Below are positions 29,101 to 42,300 of a DNA stretch of 64,000 nucleotides, piece by piece; the stretch's first letter is position 1, and every line of letters starts with the position of its first letter. The DNA is taken from the NCBI GenBank assembly GCA_030704615.1, contig CM060732.1, positions 45,322,001 through 45,386,000 on the forward strand, read 5' to 3'. Below the pieces are notes generated by a model. That model was not told the DNA's origin. It saw only the letters and a list, made by a program, of their open reading frames with translations, and made no database searches. The DNA comes from Takakia lepidozioides (Eukaryota > Plantae > Bryophyta). Position numbers and translations under genes: made by a program.

Positions 29101-32100
29101 CAAACGAGGGCGGTCTGAGTTCCAGTCCAGGGTTTCGGGCATGGTGAAGAATACTTTCTCCCCCCTTTTCAAAGCTAAGGTCGAAGCCGACATCAAATTG
29201 GAGTCACTATCTCTGGAAGAACATGTGAAAAAAGAGGAGTGCGCCCACATACTGAATCTGCGAAAGACGGTCGCAACCAGAGTTCCTGACCTTCCTACAC
29301 TCTTCGTCAAAAGTTGCTCACTGCATGAAACTTACGAACGTGAGAAAACAGCCACCGTCAGTTATGCAAAACAGGTAAATCTAAACAGTGCATCCATTTA
29401 CCTCCAATACACTGCAGGGAAACCAAAGATACGTTCTAGATATGTCCATCTGGATCGTAGTCTAACTCTGAACGCATTAACGTACATATTTGGTTGAATC
29501 ATGATCATAAATCAAAGTAAAAATTTGTTTAGACAAATCGGTCAGATCACCATCAAGACGTACTGATGATTACGTTTTCCCCAATTTAATGTAGATACTC
29601 AACTTGTTTCTGATAAAATTTGTCTCAGGTACTGGAGAAAGAGAACATGACATGGAATGCCATCGAGCTCGCTCCCTTGAAGAAAGATCTGGATTCGCTA
29701 TCTTCTACATCCAGTCATTCTGCAACGATCATCCCCACGTGCTCTGTACCTATGAAGTTGATTGATCTAGACACCACACAGGAGAGATTATCCAAAGTGT
29801 CCTATTTGAAATCTGGCGAAGTTCTCGTCCTTGTTCAGCAAATTGTCGGGGAGGCACTTCACAAACTTTACCTCAGCCCGAGGTTTGGAGTGGATCTTAG
29901 CACTGCAAATCCTATCAGGGTGTTCAAGAGGGGCACTGATCGACTAGCATTTGATGAGACGTGTAAATTAATAGCCCTCTATGACCGCTCCCTGGCCACT
30001 GTCAAAATTGGTCGGTTTGGCGAAAGATTCACTACTGTGGACTGGACCGGTGTCGAAGTGGCTTTGAACGACTGGGGGATCAACAGTGTCACGTGGATGG
30101 AATTTGTTCCTGGGAAGAGGGAGCTTGTCATAATTGATGATGCTCAGTGTGTTCGTCTGTTTGAAATGAGCCCGTCTGCTATGATGCGCCCACGGAATAT
30201 TAAGCTCAATCCATTTTTCAAGGCATGCATTTCCGTCGATGGAGCTTGCCTCATCGTTTTTCACAAAATTACAAAGCACTACGAGGTTGCAGACGAACCA
30301 CTGCCATCTGAAGAAGTTTCTGTGGAAATTCCGAGCTTAGACAGTACAGCTGGTAAGTTTTTCAACTTTCTATAGTTTCGGTCATGATGATTTAAGGCAC
30401 TTGATCTCACTTCATGCATGTAAATCTTGATCACCACGGTGGCTATGTAGTTTTTGGTGCAGCGGGACTGCGCGTGGGGTATTATCGTTGATGCGAATAG
30501 TGGACTGTCGATAGGAGGACGATAGCTCAATGTGGACTGTCGAATCTAGATATGTCACGTTGCTTCACCTGCACCCAATTGTGATGCATGAACGAGTGCA
30601 TTTAGTAACTGCATATTATCAAGTCCTTGATGTTTTGTGGACAGCAGGGGCAATCATTCGAGACTCGAACAATGAAGCTGGCAATTTGGCAGTTGAAGTT
30701 TACATGCTTGATGAGACGATGTCACATATGAAAAGCGTTGAGCTGGACGTGCTGATTACAGACACCGAAAGGTTGGTGGCAACAGTGGTGTGTTTTGGCC
30801 CACAAATGCATTTGGTAATCCATGACAGTACGAAACCAGAGGTTATTTGCTCCAGATTGTTGGAGATCAGCTCTGCATCTGAGGTTTGTGAATTGAAAGT
30901 ACTGAATAACAAATATCAGAAAGTGGAGGAGGTTGCAAGCTCATCCGAGAGGTTATGTATTGAGTTGGAGTACATTTACTACATCTTCGATAAGTACTCG
31001 GTGAGCCCTCCCTTACAAAGCAGTTTGTCTGAAACCGGTTGTACAAGACGGCAATTATCTTTTGAATTACTGTGGAAAGCTGGGCAGGTGCAGATGAATC
31101 TAAGTGCACAAACTGTCCACTATGTGAGTTCTCGAATGGAAAAACTCAAGCAAGAAAGAGGGAAAGATTTCTCTGGGCTAGAAATCATCTTCAATTCCCA
31201 GTCACTTGAAAGTTTCAGACTGTTGCCTGGGACATCAAGACAAATGCAGGTTGGAAGCTTCTCCAGCAGTAGTCACACTGCAGTGAAGGCCGGGGATTGG
31301 GTACAACGTCTGGTTTGCCTAGTGCCGATTCAGATTGCTCGGGCAGAAAACAATGGTTTGAAGCCTCTCGTGGATGGACTGCAGATTCCAGCTAACCTGA
31401 ATTATGCAGATGCTCTTTCTCTGGCGAATGTGATTAGATTTGGGTTTTACGATTCGGTCCTGGAAAGTTGGGTGGGGAGCATCAAAGTGGTTTCCTCTAT
31501 GGGGAAACAAAGCAGTGGTAAATCATATCTTCTCAACCACTTAAGTGGTTCTCTGCTCGATGTAGCTGGAGGTCGCTGCACCGATGGTGTGTGGATGACG
31601 ATGCGCACCACAAACGATTGCATGTATATTTTACTTGACTTTGAGGGCCTCGGAAGCTTTGAGCGCAGCGAGCAAGAGGATATGCTTCTTTCCATCCTTA
31701 ATGCAGCTGTCAGCAATATCACGATCTTTAACAAGAAGGTACGTTCCCAACCCCTTCACAGGCTTGATGGTCCAATTTTATGAACCTGCTTCGGACTAGC
31801 CACATGTTCTCTTCAAATCTCCAAATTTCACTAAACTAGTTGAAGATGCACCATAATATAGGTCAAACTTCGACTGCTCAATGTGTATATACCGTACAGC
31901 AGACCTGACCGTCGTCTTTCCTGAGCTTGCTTGACACTACAGACCTGTAATGAACATTCTGACTCTCAAATGGCGCTCGAGATCACTGAATGCATTGGAG
32001 AGACGAATTTAAGCCATCCAAGCTCATGGAAAACTAATTAGTGCCACCCCAGCTCGTACCAGCTCATTTCAGTTGCATGGGCCCATTCCATCCGTCGTAT

Positions 32101-35100
32101 GTACATACAGTTCCTCTTCCGATGAGGAGCGGGTGAGGAGGTGGCACATGATAGATGTGATTCTTGCAGGACTTCCATTTGGACAAAGAGACGGAGGCAG
32201 TATTCGAAAGATTTCAGAACGGAGTGAGTTTGGTGAAGGAAGATGAAAAGCTATTCAAGGGCCTCTTCTACATGGCCGTGAAAGACGTGGACGCTGCAGA
32301 TGTTGAGGATTTGAAACGGGAATTCCAGGACAAAATCTCTCTCATTTGCAGCAAATCTCAGGACAATTTTCTGACGAAAATGTATGGTGGAGAGGTTGAT
32401 ATTGCCGCCATGGCTCCCTTCAATCGCCCAGAGTTCTATGAAAGCATCATTGACATCGCCAGAACTGTTGAAGAGCTGGATACTTGCAACCACAATGGAC
32501 AGGGCTTCAGTAGAGACTTGAAGCTGGTGATAGCTCAGATTAGTGCCAAGGATTGGTCGCCAATCGACTCGAAGCGCGTTGCATTCAAGGTCAACTTGCT
32601 GAAAAAACATCTCAGTTCAGCTGTCACCTTTGGGCGCTCGAGAGTGGCAAACACCAAGATGCCATTGCTAAATTTCGACACCGACGAGAACATTAATGAA
32701 TCGGGTCATATGCAAGTAGACGGTTATGACTTTGACATGGTTGACACCAACATTCAATTGGCTCCTCATGAAAGCCAGGTAAATTAACTTTAAATAGAGT
32801 ACTGTAGGATTCTTACATGTGATCTGAGATCACTTTTCAAAACTGTACAAATATCTTGACCCAAATACAAACAAAATTAAGCTGCGGTGCTCTAGGATTA
32901 TAGGTCTTGCGGCGTCGCGGTGCTGAGGGAGACTCTTGCACATGCTTGGTAGCTTGCTGCATAGTTTCTGAAATATTTTGGGCTCTTCCAAGTTTGATCA
33001 GGTGATAGGAACCATTTTGGATCCGTTGGGGAAAGCGTTTCAGCGTGAGGTACCCCGCAAGGGAGAGAATGATGAAGCCTGGCACTCTTCATTTCAGAAC
33101 TTCCTGGCTGCTTTGGCAGACCGTCGCAAACACAGGTAAGGCACTCCACCCCCCACATCCTGAAGTTCCCCTCCCTCCCTGGGAATATCAAGAATCTGGA
33201 ATTTTTTCCAAAATTTCCAGTAGCTTGGCAGTCTACGCGTTAGACATATCTATGATCACATTTTCTTGAACTGCACCTGGGTCGTTCCCGAAATTATAAA
33301 CATCTCGTTGGTCTTAACTTGTTATCAGTTCAGAACTGATGTGAAAGGTCTGAAAGTTCTAGCTTACACTCAGCTGGCATGCATAAACGTTAAATTGAAT
33401 ATTGCAGGGTGCTTGAATGGCTAGAGGTCAACACTACAGACTTCTCAAATGATGGAGACGTGCAGAAACTAAAGCTGGAGGCTTTGGCGATGCTCGCAGA
33501 GCTTCCACATAAGCTGTCTCTATGTAGCTGCAAGTGCCAGCGGTGTTTTCTACGCTGCATCTTAGAGCGATACCATCCAGGCGATCATTCTTGCAAGGGT
33601 TCCCACATGTGCACGAAAAACTGTTCATACTGTCTTGATGACAGCAAGGCGGCCATAACAGGAGACCACTTGAGTAGGTGTAGCGATTCCGCAGGACACG
33701 AGGGTTCTCACGATTGTCAGCAGAAGTCCCATACCTGTGGGGAAGTTTGCAGCTTGCAAGGACAATCCTCAAACTGCAACAAAGCGTGCATTCTGAAACC
33801 AAGACATAGTGGAGACCACAAGTGCAATTCCCGTCAACACATGTGTAAGATGGAGTGCTCTCTCCCTACCTGCAGAAACACCTGTGTGTCTCCTGTGGAA
33901 CTGGGAAACCACAGCCTGCATGCTTGCCACGAGAAACTGTGTCCCGAAAAGTGCACAATGAAAGGATGCAACCGCAAATGCGCATCGGAAGATCATTTTC
34001 ACGCGAAGAAACCAGGTGTGGTTCACCATTACTGTGGAAGCGAGCACCCCTGCTACCAGCAGTGTGAAGCCCCTGGCGTGTGCGAGGTTTTGACTGAGGT
34101 TGTTAGGAAAACGAGCACATTTCAAGGCAAACGGGCAAACTTTGAATACGAGCATGTTTCTGAGCAGAATGGAGTGAGGAAGGACTGCTGCATTGCTATC
34201 CCACCTTTCCAGGTATTCTCATTATCTTGTCCACACATGTACTGGATATATGTGCCGGGCAAGTTTGCTGTATTATCCGCTTCTTGTGGACCCTTTTTCC
34301 ATGTATCGATGTGCATAGTACTGAACGGTTGTCCTTTGCAATACCATTCGACAGGAGCAGCATCAAGGTCCCCATTCACACACCACAAACACAAACGCGG
34401 TGCACTTCTGCGAGATAAGTTGTGAAGCTTGTGGCTACTTCTGCAATCTTCCCATCAATCACAACGGACTGCACAACACCACTCATGGGAATATGAGGGA
34501 TGTGAGCTTTGTGTCCGAGGTTGAAGATTTTGATATTTTGGACCGGAAGTACACATGGGGAGAGTCTGGGATGGCAGAAATGTGTATGATGCATTGTAAG
34601 GCCCAGGGCCGCGGACATATCCATCTAATCCCTTGTCCCGAACACAACCACGGGGGAGCATGCTTCGGCAAGCTCGTCGAAGGTAAAACTTGTTTAAATT
34701 CAATTTCAGACCAGAGTCTTTACTTGTTACAGCAATGCTTGCTAGCACTTCTTTAATGCACTTGTCCTCCACTGGTAGGATCAAAGCAGAAAATACTTCG
34801 ATGACCTCTAGATCCTGGAACTGAAGAGGGATATAAAACACTCTTTAGCCCCGAGTTCAATGTGCACGCCTAAAACGTAGACTGAAGACCTAGAAACCTC
34901 TGCAGCGATTAGATGATCATTAGGACATTACTGGATCTAAGTTAACTCATTCTGTTGTACAGGTTCAAGGCATGAGATTCGCAAGTATGGGCCCAATTTT
35001 GATGCACCAAAAGATGAGCTTACCCATGCTGCTTTCTGGAAACAGATGCGCTTCAAAGATCCTTGCAGTGACGATGAGCAGCGGCAGTTTTCCCTTTGCA

Positions 35101-35912
35101 ATCATCACTGCCCATCTGACGAACACATTATGATAGACAGTTCATCTGGCTCCTCTCAGCAGATCTCATACTGCACAGAGAGCCTCTGGCACGCAGCAGT
35201 TCCTAGAACAACGTCACAAACCTCTGGAGTGGCCGGTTATGTCACAGAGGATGGCCATCGCTTTTGCTGCAATCATTCTAAGAATGTGGCGAACCATGTG
35301 ATATTTGTCATTGACCGATCAGGTTCCATGGGAGATAAGGATTGTAAACCGTCGATGGTGAAATTTTCGCAACCCCGTACAAACAATCGGCTTGGATGCG
35401 TCTACGAGGCTATCCTGCGTTTCATACGCACACGCCTTAGTAGTTCGAGTCTTCAGGACCTCGTCTCTGTTGTTCTGTTTTCTTGTACTGCTCTGGTAGT
35501 AATTGAGGGCCAAGAGATGAAAGAGAATCTTGTCGACCTTCTTCTTTGCTACAATTGCGATGGTGGGACAAATTACTCTGCTGGCATGAGAAATGCAGAG
35601 CGAATTCTCAGTAATCGGTCCAATCTCGATGCAACCTCTCAGACGAAAAGTCCTGTTATCATCTTTCTGAGTGATGGTGGTAACAATGGCGGAGAGGATC
35701 CCGTGTTCGTTGTCAGAGCGATGAAACAGGTGGAGCCTAAGCTTATCCTCCACACAATTAAGTTTGGATCTGATCCATATAACCAAATCTTAATGGACAT
35801 GGCAAAAGCCGGAGATGGGACGTTCCAAGTTAGCCTTGATGAAGTTGAACTGGCGAAGAGCTTCGAATGTCTGGCAAAAAGTTGCAGGCCGAAGGTGGCG
35901 TCTCTCATGTAA
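26173..35912 (+). CDS. Giant (~2,480 aa) protein: unknown N-terminal region, GBP/atlastin/VLIG-like GTPase, Cys/His-rich (NF-X1-like) zinc repeats, C-terminal vWA; 9 exons
   Basis: Exons 26173-27843, 28244-29374, 29629-30352, 30645-31738, 32170-32778, 33002-33135, 33408-34212, 34355-34682 and 34963-35912. All introns are GT-AG, phases match, and the joined frame has no stops. Motifs: G1 MGKQSSGKS, G2 RCTDGVWM, G3 LLDFEGL, G4-like VKD; many CxxxC..H..H repeats; vWA MIDAS DRSGS..GGTNY..LSDG. Confidence 0.9.
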
Positions 35913-37047
35913 CATCCTGAGTTCTGGCTTTGGGAAATATCTATCAGTGTGCACCGTTGTCTAATCCTAAGAACTTCTGTGGTTCTGGCGAACTCGGCCT
36001 CGGATAATGTGCAGTATAGTTTTGTAGGGCTTTGACAAATTCTAAGCTTCTTTGCCACAATTTTTGCGGCACAGAGCTCTCAATGTGTGCTTGCATCTGA
36101 AAGCATCCCATTTTGACTACTGCATGTAATGAAAGCGGCATGTGTGTGCATTCTTCTTCGGCTAAGTTGTTGAGCCTTGGTTAGTGAAGAGAACAGCTTG
36201 TAAAACACTTCTCCCCAGGATGCGCACTGTGGATTTCAAATCTCCCTACATGAATTATCTTTGCTCCTTCACATAACCTGCGATAGCTTAAAATGACAAT
36301 TATATATATCCTGGTGAACCCAATCAACGTTTGTGCAACTAGAGTTTCTCTAAATATTATGTTTAGTGGAAACTCATTGCATGCTGTTTGAATAGCAGTG
36401 TTGGAATGAGCACAGAAGGAGGGGATGGGGCAGCTGATCAATTGGTCTTGAGAATATGCTACATCTGTTTTTCAGCTCAGAGAGGCTGTAAACTTTTAGG
36501 ATTGTCATTATGCTGTCAAGTTGAATTTCTGTATGCCAGTTGATGGGAGAAATAATCTGTTTCTCAAGTGTTATGACTATTGCATAGAGTTGCGAAACCA
36601 CACATCCTGAGTGACGCAGATCTGGTCCTTTGATATATGTACAGAACATTCAACAAATCTAGACAATCAAGTCCCGCTACCAGGATGAGAAGCAAGAGAG
36701 AAGGTCCACCAGCTTTGTGAGAAAAAGGATGAGTCTGTAGGTAGCCTGGTTGATGATGAGCTATGCATTTGCACTTGGGAGCGACTGCACTAACATTCAC
36801 TTTCAAGCAAACTTCTCTAACTCTTCATATACTTCGTGCTAGTCCAGTCTGTATGTGTAGTCCTGCCAGAGGCCATATTGCAAGCCACTGTGCTACACAT
36901 ACATTCTTACATAAGCATTCATCGGGGTAAGTGCCTTTGTCAGGGAAATCTAATTCAGCCTGCATATATATTGTTGAATTTTTGTATGAAGACTATAACA
37001 GAGACCACATCTTGTCGAGTCATATTGTCAAACTGTGCGCACTTCCT

Positions 37048-37473
37048 TTACGCTTCTACATTTAGCATGGCTGTCTGCAGAATGATATCTGCCCCAATTC
37101 CAGCTTTGATGATGTCAGCATGTACCTCTGTGCCCTTTTCAAGAGCTTGGAGGCTCCCATACGCACGAAGAACGCAGACAAATGTCACCTTGTTTGGGGT
37201 GAGCCCTTGGTGTTTCATTTGCTCAGAGAGGCCAAAAGCTTCCCTAAGACTCCCATACTTTGCATATCCTGCCATCATTGCACTGCATGAGACCACATTG
37301 CGATCAGGCATTTTGTCAAACCCTTGACGTGCATCCTTCAAGCCCCCACATTTGGCATACATGTCCACAAGGGTGTTGAGTAGAAAGATGTTTGGCTGAA
37401 ATCCACTTTGAATAATGTGGGCATGAACCTGTCTACCCTCTGCTAGGTCTCTCTTGTTGATGTACTCCTGCAA
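37048..37473 (-). pseudogene. Isolated PLS-PPR fragment
   Basis: GRQVHAHIIQSGFQPNIFLLNTLVDMYAKCG..MPDRNVVS..PNKVTFVCVL; about 3-4 repeats only. Confidence 0.8.
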
Positions 37474-38019
37474 GACAAAAACATAATTATTATAGTGTGC
37501 CCAATCGCCTCCTTGGTTTACTGATGCTTTGGGTCTACTGGCCCTCCCTTAGCAGGTTGTATCCAGTGTCAACTTGTGTGTCTGAATTCAACAACACTTT
37601 ACGCCCCTGTTACAACAGCAGGCAGTTGAAATAACTCATTGACGAACCTTCCAGTGTGAGATAACATGGAAATCTAGCCAAATCCTTGAACAAAAGGGCA
37701 GAGATCTTAGGTGATCAGTCAGCTACTAACCTGAGATAAGAGGAATTATATAGCCCACAGCCTGCACGCCAAGCATCCCAAGCGAGATGTAGGGCGTCGA
37801 CTCCGGATGGCGCTTGAGGTAGGGTTGCCACACTGAACGACCCTTCCAGACTCTTCCGAGAAATGATCTCATCCCGCTGTCGCGGTGAAGGACAACTCAA
37901 CCCAATTACTTTAGTTCTAGAATGTATGAAAACACCAGCAGCCCAAAGCAGAGTAGATGACAAATTCTCACTCGCTCTTCAAATAGCAGGTACAAATGGT
38001 ACATATAGAGAAGTAGACA

Positions 38020-40647
38020 CACCTGCTTGGTGATATCATTAATGATCTCCTCCATAAACCAGAGGTCAACGTCACGCCCACAGGCCTCAGCAACTCTGGC
38101 TTCGGGCTTTACCTCTTCTAAAGGCTTCCGCAAATTTTCAATTACAATGCCCCCATCTCCCATCCGGCGTACATCAGTCGCACAAAAAGAGTCATACCCA
38201 AAACAACTCTTTACCTGCAAATGCCCCACAAAAGGGTTTTTCAATATTTGTAGATGGTGTAATACAAACTTCAAGGCGGACATAGTTGCAGTTGTGTGAG
38301 TCAGACAGGGACAAACAGAGAAAAGCGAGGCATGATCATCATGTACTTACTATAAGTTGCTTGCCACAGACTTGTGAGCACACACCCCATAGCCGGTTAG
38401 GAAAAGCAGAAAGGGGGGAGGACACATGGAGATGGAAGGGTAAAACTGGCTCCATTGATTTCACAGAAGGCTTGCTCCAATAGTGGAGGGTATCTCAGAA
38501 ATAAGTTGATTTCTGGCCTCATGCATCCTTCCCATAAAGCTTTCAATAGACAGCAGCAACTACTCATCCCACAGATTAAGTCACAGGTTTTGACATCGTC
38601 TCAAGTTATTCAATGAGTCAAAGGAGGTGAGTGACTGTTCTTTTAATGCTCTCAATACACACAAAAGATTGTCAAGAGAATCAGATAGCTTGTTAAGATC
38701 TAGAGCTATGTAAGTTGCTTCAGCCTTATCAAGCCTTTCAGCACAGCACCCCCGCAGATGAGTATTCCTTAGTCAACAAAATTCAACCTACTTCTTGTTT
38801 TCACAGACGAATGACACCCCTACAGATATATCCAACTTTCAGATGCTGGAAGCTTTTCAAGTGCAGCAAGCCTCTCTTAATCCTGCAGCACTTACCATTG
38901 TGAAATGCTACCATGCCCTCTTCTCAATATGCTGTATCCACCAGTGCAATGGAGGCCACAAGTGTTCAACTTAGTAACAACATTTTCAGTGCTACAATGA
39001 AGAACATAATTTCCATAATCATGTCAATGTGAGCCTTCAGAATTCCACTGGATCAACCCTGTAACCAAATTGTAGTTGGCAGTGGATGAGACATATGGCA
39101 ACATCACACTCAGTTCGGAATCCTGGTGGGTGCAACACCCTGATTTTTGTAGAGGGTCCAGACCCCATTGGGGCTGTACTGGTTAGGTGGGTCATACACA
39201 GATTCATAAGTATCTTCATAAGTACATATCTACATAAGTACATATCTTCATAAGTATATCCCCAACAACCCATTCCTCCACCCTGAACATCCATCCACCA
39301 ATTAAGCGAGAGCATTCCCCCTTGCCCTCAAGAGCCGCCTCTGCAGTCTTCATCGCTCATTCGCTGCGAAGGAGGTGGTCTTCATCAGTAAGTTATGTAT
39401 CCCTTGCTTTATTGTCTCTAAGTCTGCCAGAGATCCATGTAAGCGTCGTCTTCTCTGCAGAAAAGCCCATCTCTGTCCCTCAAAGTGCGGAAACTCATTC
39501 CGTCCATCTCTTGCAGGCCAGCCAATGAACAAGCACCATACATCTTCCTTCCAGGGAACGACCAACAGTCCTTCCTTCTATTCAACATATTATTCAATCT
39601 GAGTCAGTTTACACTTTTACGCCCTGTCTGGCAGGCTTTGCGCCGACTCTTCTATGTATTGGTCTCTTTTTAGAGTTGCCAGGCCACCCTGAAGCACATA
39701 CATACAGAATACATTCTTCAAAAAGACAAAAGGGTTAAATTTCATTTTCATCATAGGTATCAAGCCTATCATATTGGGCATCAGGGTCCCCATGGACTTT
39801 ATAAAGCCTGTTTCTTTTCATTTCTTTCTCTGGGACTACATTCTCTTTAAGGAGACCTTTCTCAATTTAGTCTCACCTAACCAGCTTGGATATCACCCCT
39901 TTGAAAAAGTTTCCCTGTTCTTGACTGTCGAGTTCTTTCAGCTTCTCCTCTGCACGCTTTTTCTCCAGCTTCAAGGCTGTTTCAATGGATGGGTTTCCCA
40001 TAAACTTCTTGAAGTCCTCATCCAACCTCCAGTCGCGCTCTTGATTCTTCTCCACGGACTCTTCTTTCTTAGGCTCCTCTTTCTTCTCTTCCTTTTTGTC
40101 CTCAATGGCTGTGCCTGTCAAGAGTCATTACTATCCCACATTTGTTATAGGTCCTTCTGATTGTGACCCAACTGTGCATAACCAGGTTACCTGGGTTCTA
40201 TACTTTCAGAAAAGACCCATAACCTGGCCCTCTAGGGTGTGCATAGCTCCACTTGCTGGAGTGTGCTATAGCGAGATCCTCAAAAAGACATTCGAAAAAA
40301 ATCTCAATCCTGGAAGCTAAGCACAAACATCCCCTTTTTGCCAGACTGCAAATTTTACCTGCTGGTTTAGATGTTCCGTTATCATCTTCAATCTCAGCTC
40401 TCACAACCCCTGATTTATGTCTTCGAGAGTTGGGTACTTGACATTGAACTGTTACGGAATTCAAGCCCGTTCCCCCAAACTGCAAACAAAGAAACACAAA
40501 GTTACATTATTACAACAAAGTATGTTTACCAAAAGAGGAACAAAACTGAAACTGAAGACCGGGACAATCCGTGTAGGGCTTGGCGATTCTGACGTGATAT
40601 AGTTCGTTCGATGAAGACATCAGATGGCCAGGGCTCAACACCTCCAT
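38020..40647 (-). pseudogene. EGY3: Chloroplast EGY3 (M50 metallopeptidase-like) 5' half, degenerate
   Basis: DWRLDEDFKKFMGNPSIETALKLEKKRAEEKLKELD (39873-40121) and KSCFGYDSFCATDVRRMGDGGIVIENLRKPLEEV..GRDVDLWFMEE..ITKQVC (~38020-38215). The intervening exon is disrupted and the downstream TM/M50 exons are not found. Confidence 0.8.
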
Positions 40648-40679
40648 GAAAATCCGTTCAGAGAGTTCAAGAGGCTTCA

Positions 40680-40930
40680 GACAGTTCGAGAATTTTTTTC
40701 GGTTTTTCCGGGCAGTCCAGGCAGGATCCAAAAACATTGACGACGACGATGACGTGGCTACGATGACGTGGAGAACACACGTGGTGAAGACGACGTGGCA
40801 CTATGGCACCCCTATTCCTGCTCAATGCTAAGCTAGTCTCCGACTTCAGTTGTAACCGAGGTAAGAGGGGGTGGGGGAGGATTTGACAGGCCCCCCCCCC
40901 CGCCGGAGGAGCCCAAGCTGCCGGAATCCG
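40680..40930 (-). repeat. Dispersed repeat, copy 3
   Basis: cctattcctgctcaatgctaagctagtctccgac..gtaagagggg matches copy 2. Confidence 0.8.
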
Positions 40931-41059
40931 GCGAAAGAAGTACCGTCAGACCATAAGTGTCCATTAATTTCTTACATTATTCCTATTGTCTTCCATTTTA
41001 CACTTTTACCCTAGTTTTTGGAAAATGTCAACAGGGACCACTGGGCGCTTAGGGGTTAA

Positions 41060-42300
41060 CCCTTAAGTGTCAAACCGACCGGTTTTGGGTTGGTTCGGTT
41101 TCTTTAACCAGCCATAACTTCCTGTGGTTAAGGCTGATTGGCCTTTTTTTTGGCTCAATCGACAGATAATCGGGTCCCCCTTCATATGGCATTGGCCAAT
41201 TGGTCAATGCCTGAAGGGGTAGGGATCTCGATCAATTGGAAGGGGGCCAACTCAGCTTTTGAGGCCATTTTGGCACCCCTAACCTGCCCAAGTTGCTGAC
41301 ATGGCAACTGCGGTCAGGTTAGGGTGAATGAATGATACCCCATAAAGGGATGGGCGGCACACTTCCCCCGACCCATTGATTGCCCGGTGGGTATGGCGGC
41401 CTGCGCAAGTCTAGGTATTCCCAGGCCTGCATCCTAACCTGAGATCGACGGAGATGGCTGCTCCAGCCAACACGATGGGCTCATAGCAGGGCGGGCTGGA
41501 GGCGGAGTCAGGGCGTAAAGACACGATGGCGGCAGAGCTCGCGGCTCGAAAAAGTGGGCCAAACCCACACAGGGGGTTTGATAGGGTTGCGTCAAATATT
41601 CATGGTTGTTGTTGCTGAATATTAAAAGCAGGGCCGGGTAGCCAGAGGAGCTCCCAAACCCTGCGCCCTTCTGGGCTACGGCTCCAAAATATCCTAGGCC
41701 TGCAGGCTATACCAAAGGTGTGCCATTTGAAGTCTTGGGCAGGGAACCTAAGGATGCGGTGCATTGGCTGATTGGCCTCAAAGTTTTTCGGGGACTTCAT
41801 ATGGAAGCCCATGACATTTCAAGGGGAGGGTTAGGGATTGACCGGCTGAATTTTTTTTATAATTTTAGGAAGAGAGATTTTGGCCTGCCCAAAGAAAATG
41901 GCATATTTTGACCCCCCAATCTGTCACTGCAAAGGAGCCCACTTGAGAACATTTCAGAAAAAACTGAAATTTTATGAGAATGTGTGTTATCAGGTATGGA
42001 ACAACATTCTTGAGACTCTCAAACAGAAAAAATTAAAAATGCCCAAATACGAGCAAAAAACTGCTTTTTTGGCACCTAGTTCTTAGTGGAGATTTTGTTT
42101 TGTTCCCACTCTACACTTTATAATCTTCAGATCTGGCAGTTGGATTTTGGTGAAACTTTTTGTGGTAGGAGGTGGGGTAGGTGGGAAGTAATTCCAACGG
42201 TCAGTTTTACAGGGACACAGAGATTCTCTAGATTTTACTTTTTTGTGGGCCAGGGTCATGTTTTTCCACGAGAGGGTGAAAATGAGTTTTGACACTTAAG
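41060..42300. mobile_element. Non-autonomous TIR element (MITE) with piggyBac-like terminus
   Basis: Perfect 13-bp inverted repeat cttaagtgtcaaa (41062-41074) / tttgacacttaag (42288-42300). The left end reads TTAA-CCC. No coding capacity. Confidence 0.6.

Noticed and set aside
26298-36058. Antisense and alternative-frame ORFs overlapping the GTPase gene (similar ORFs overlap the PPR arrays)
   Set aside because: Shadow ORFs of real coding sequence with no independent motifs.
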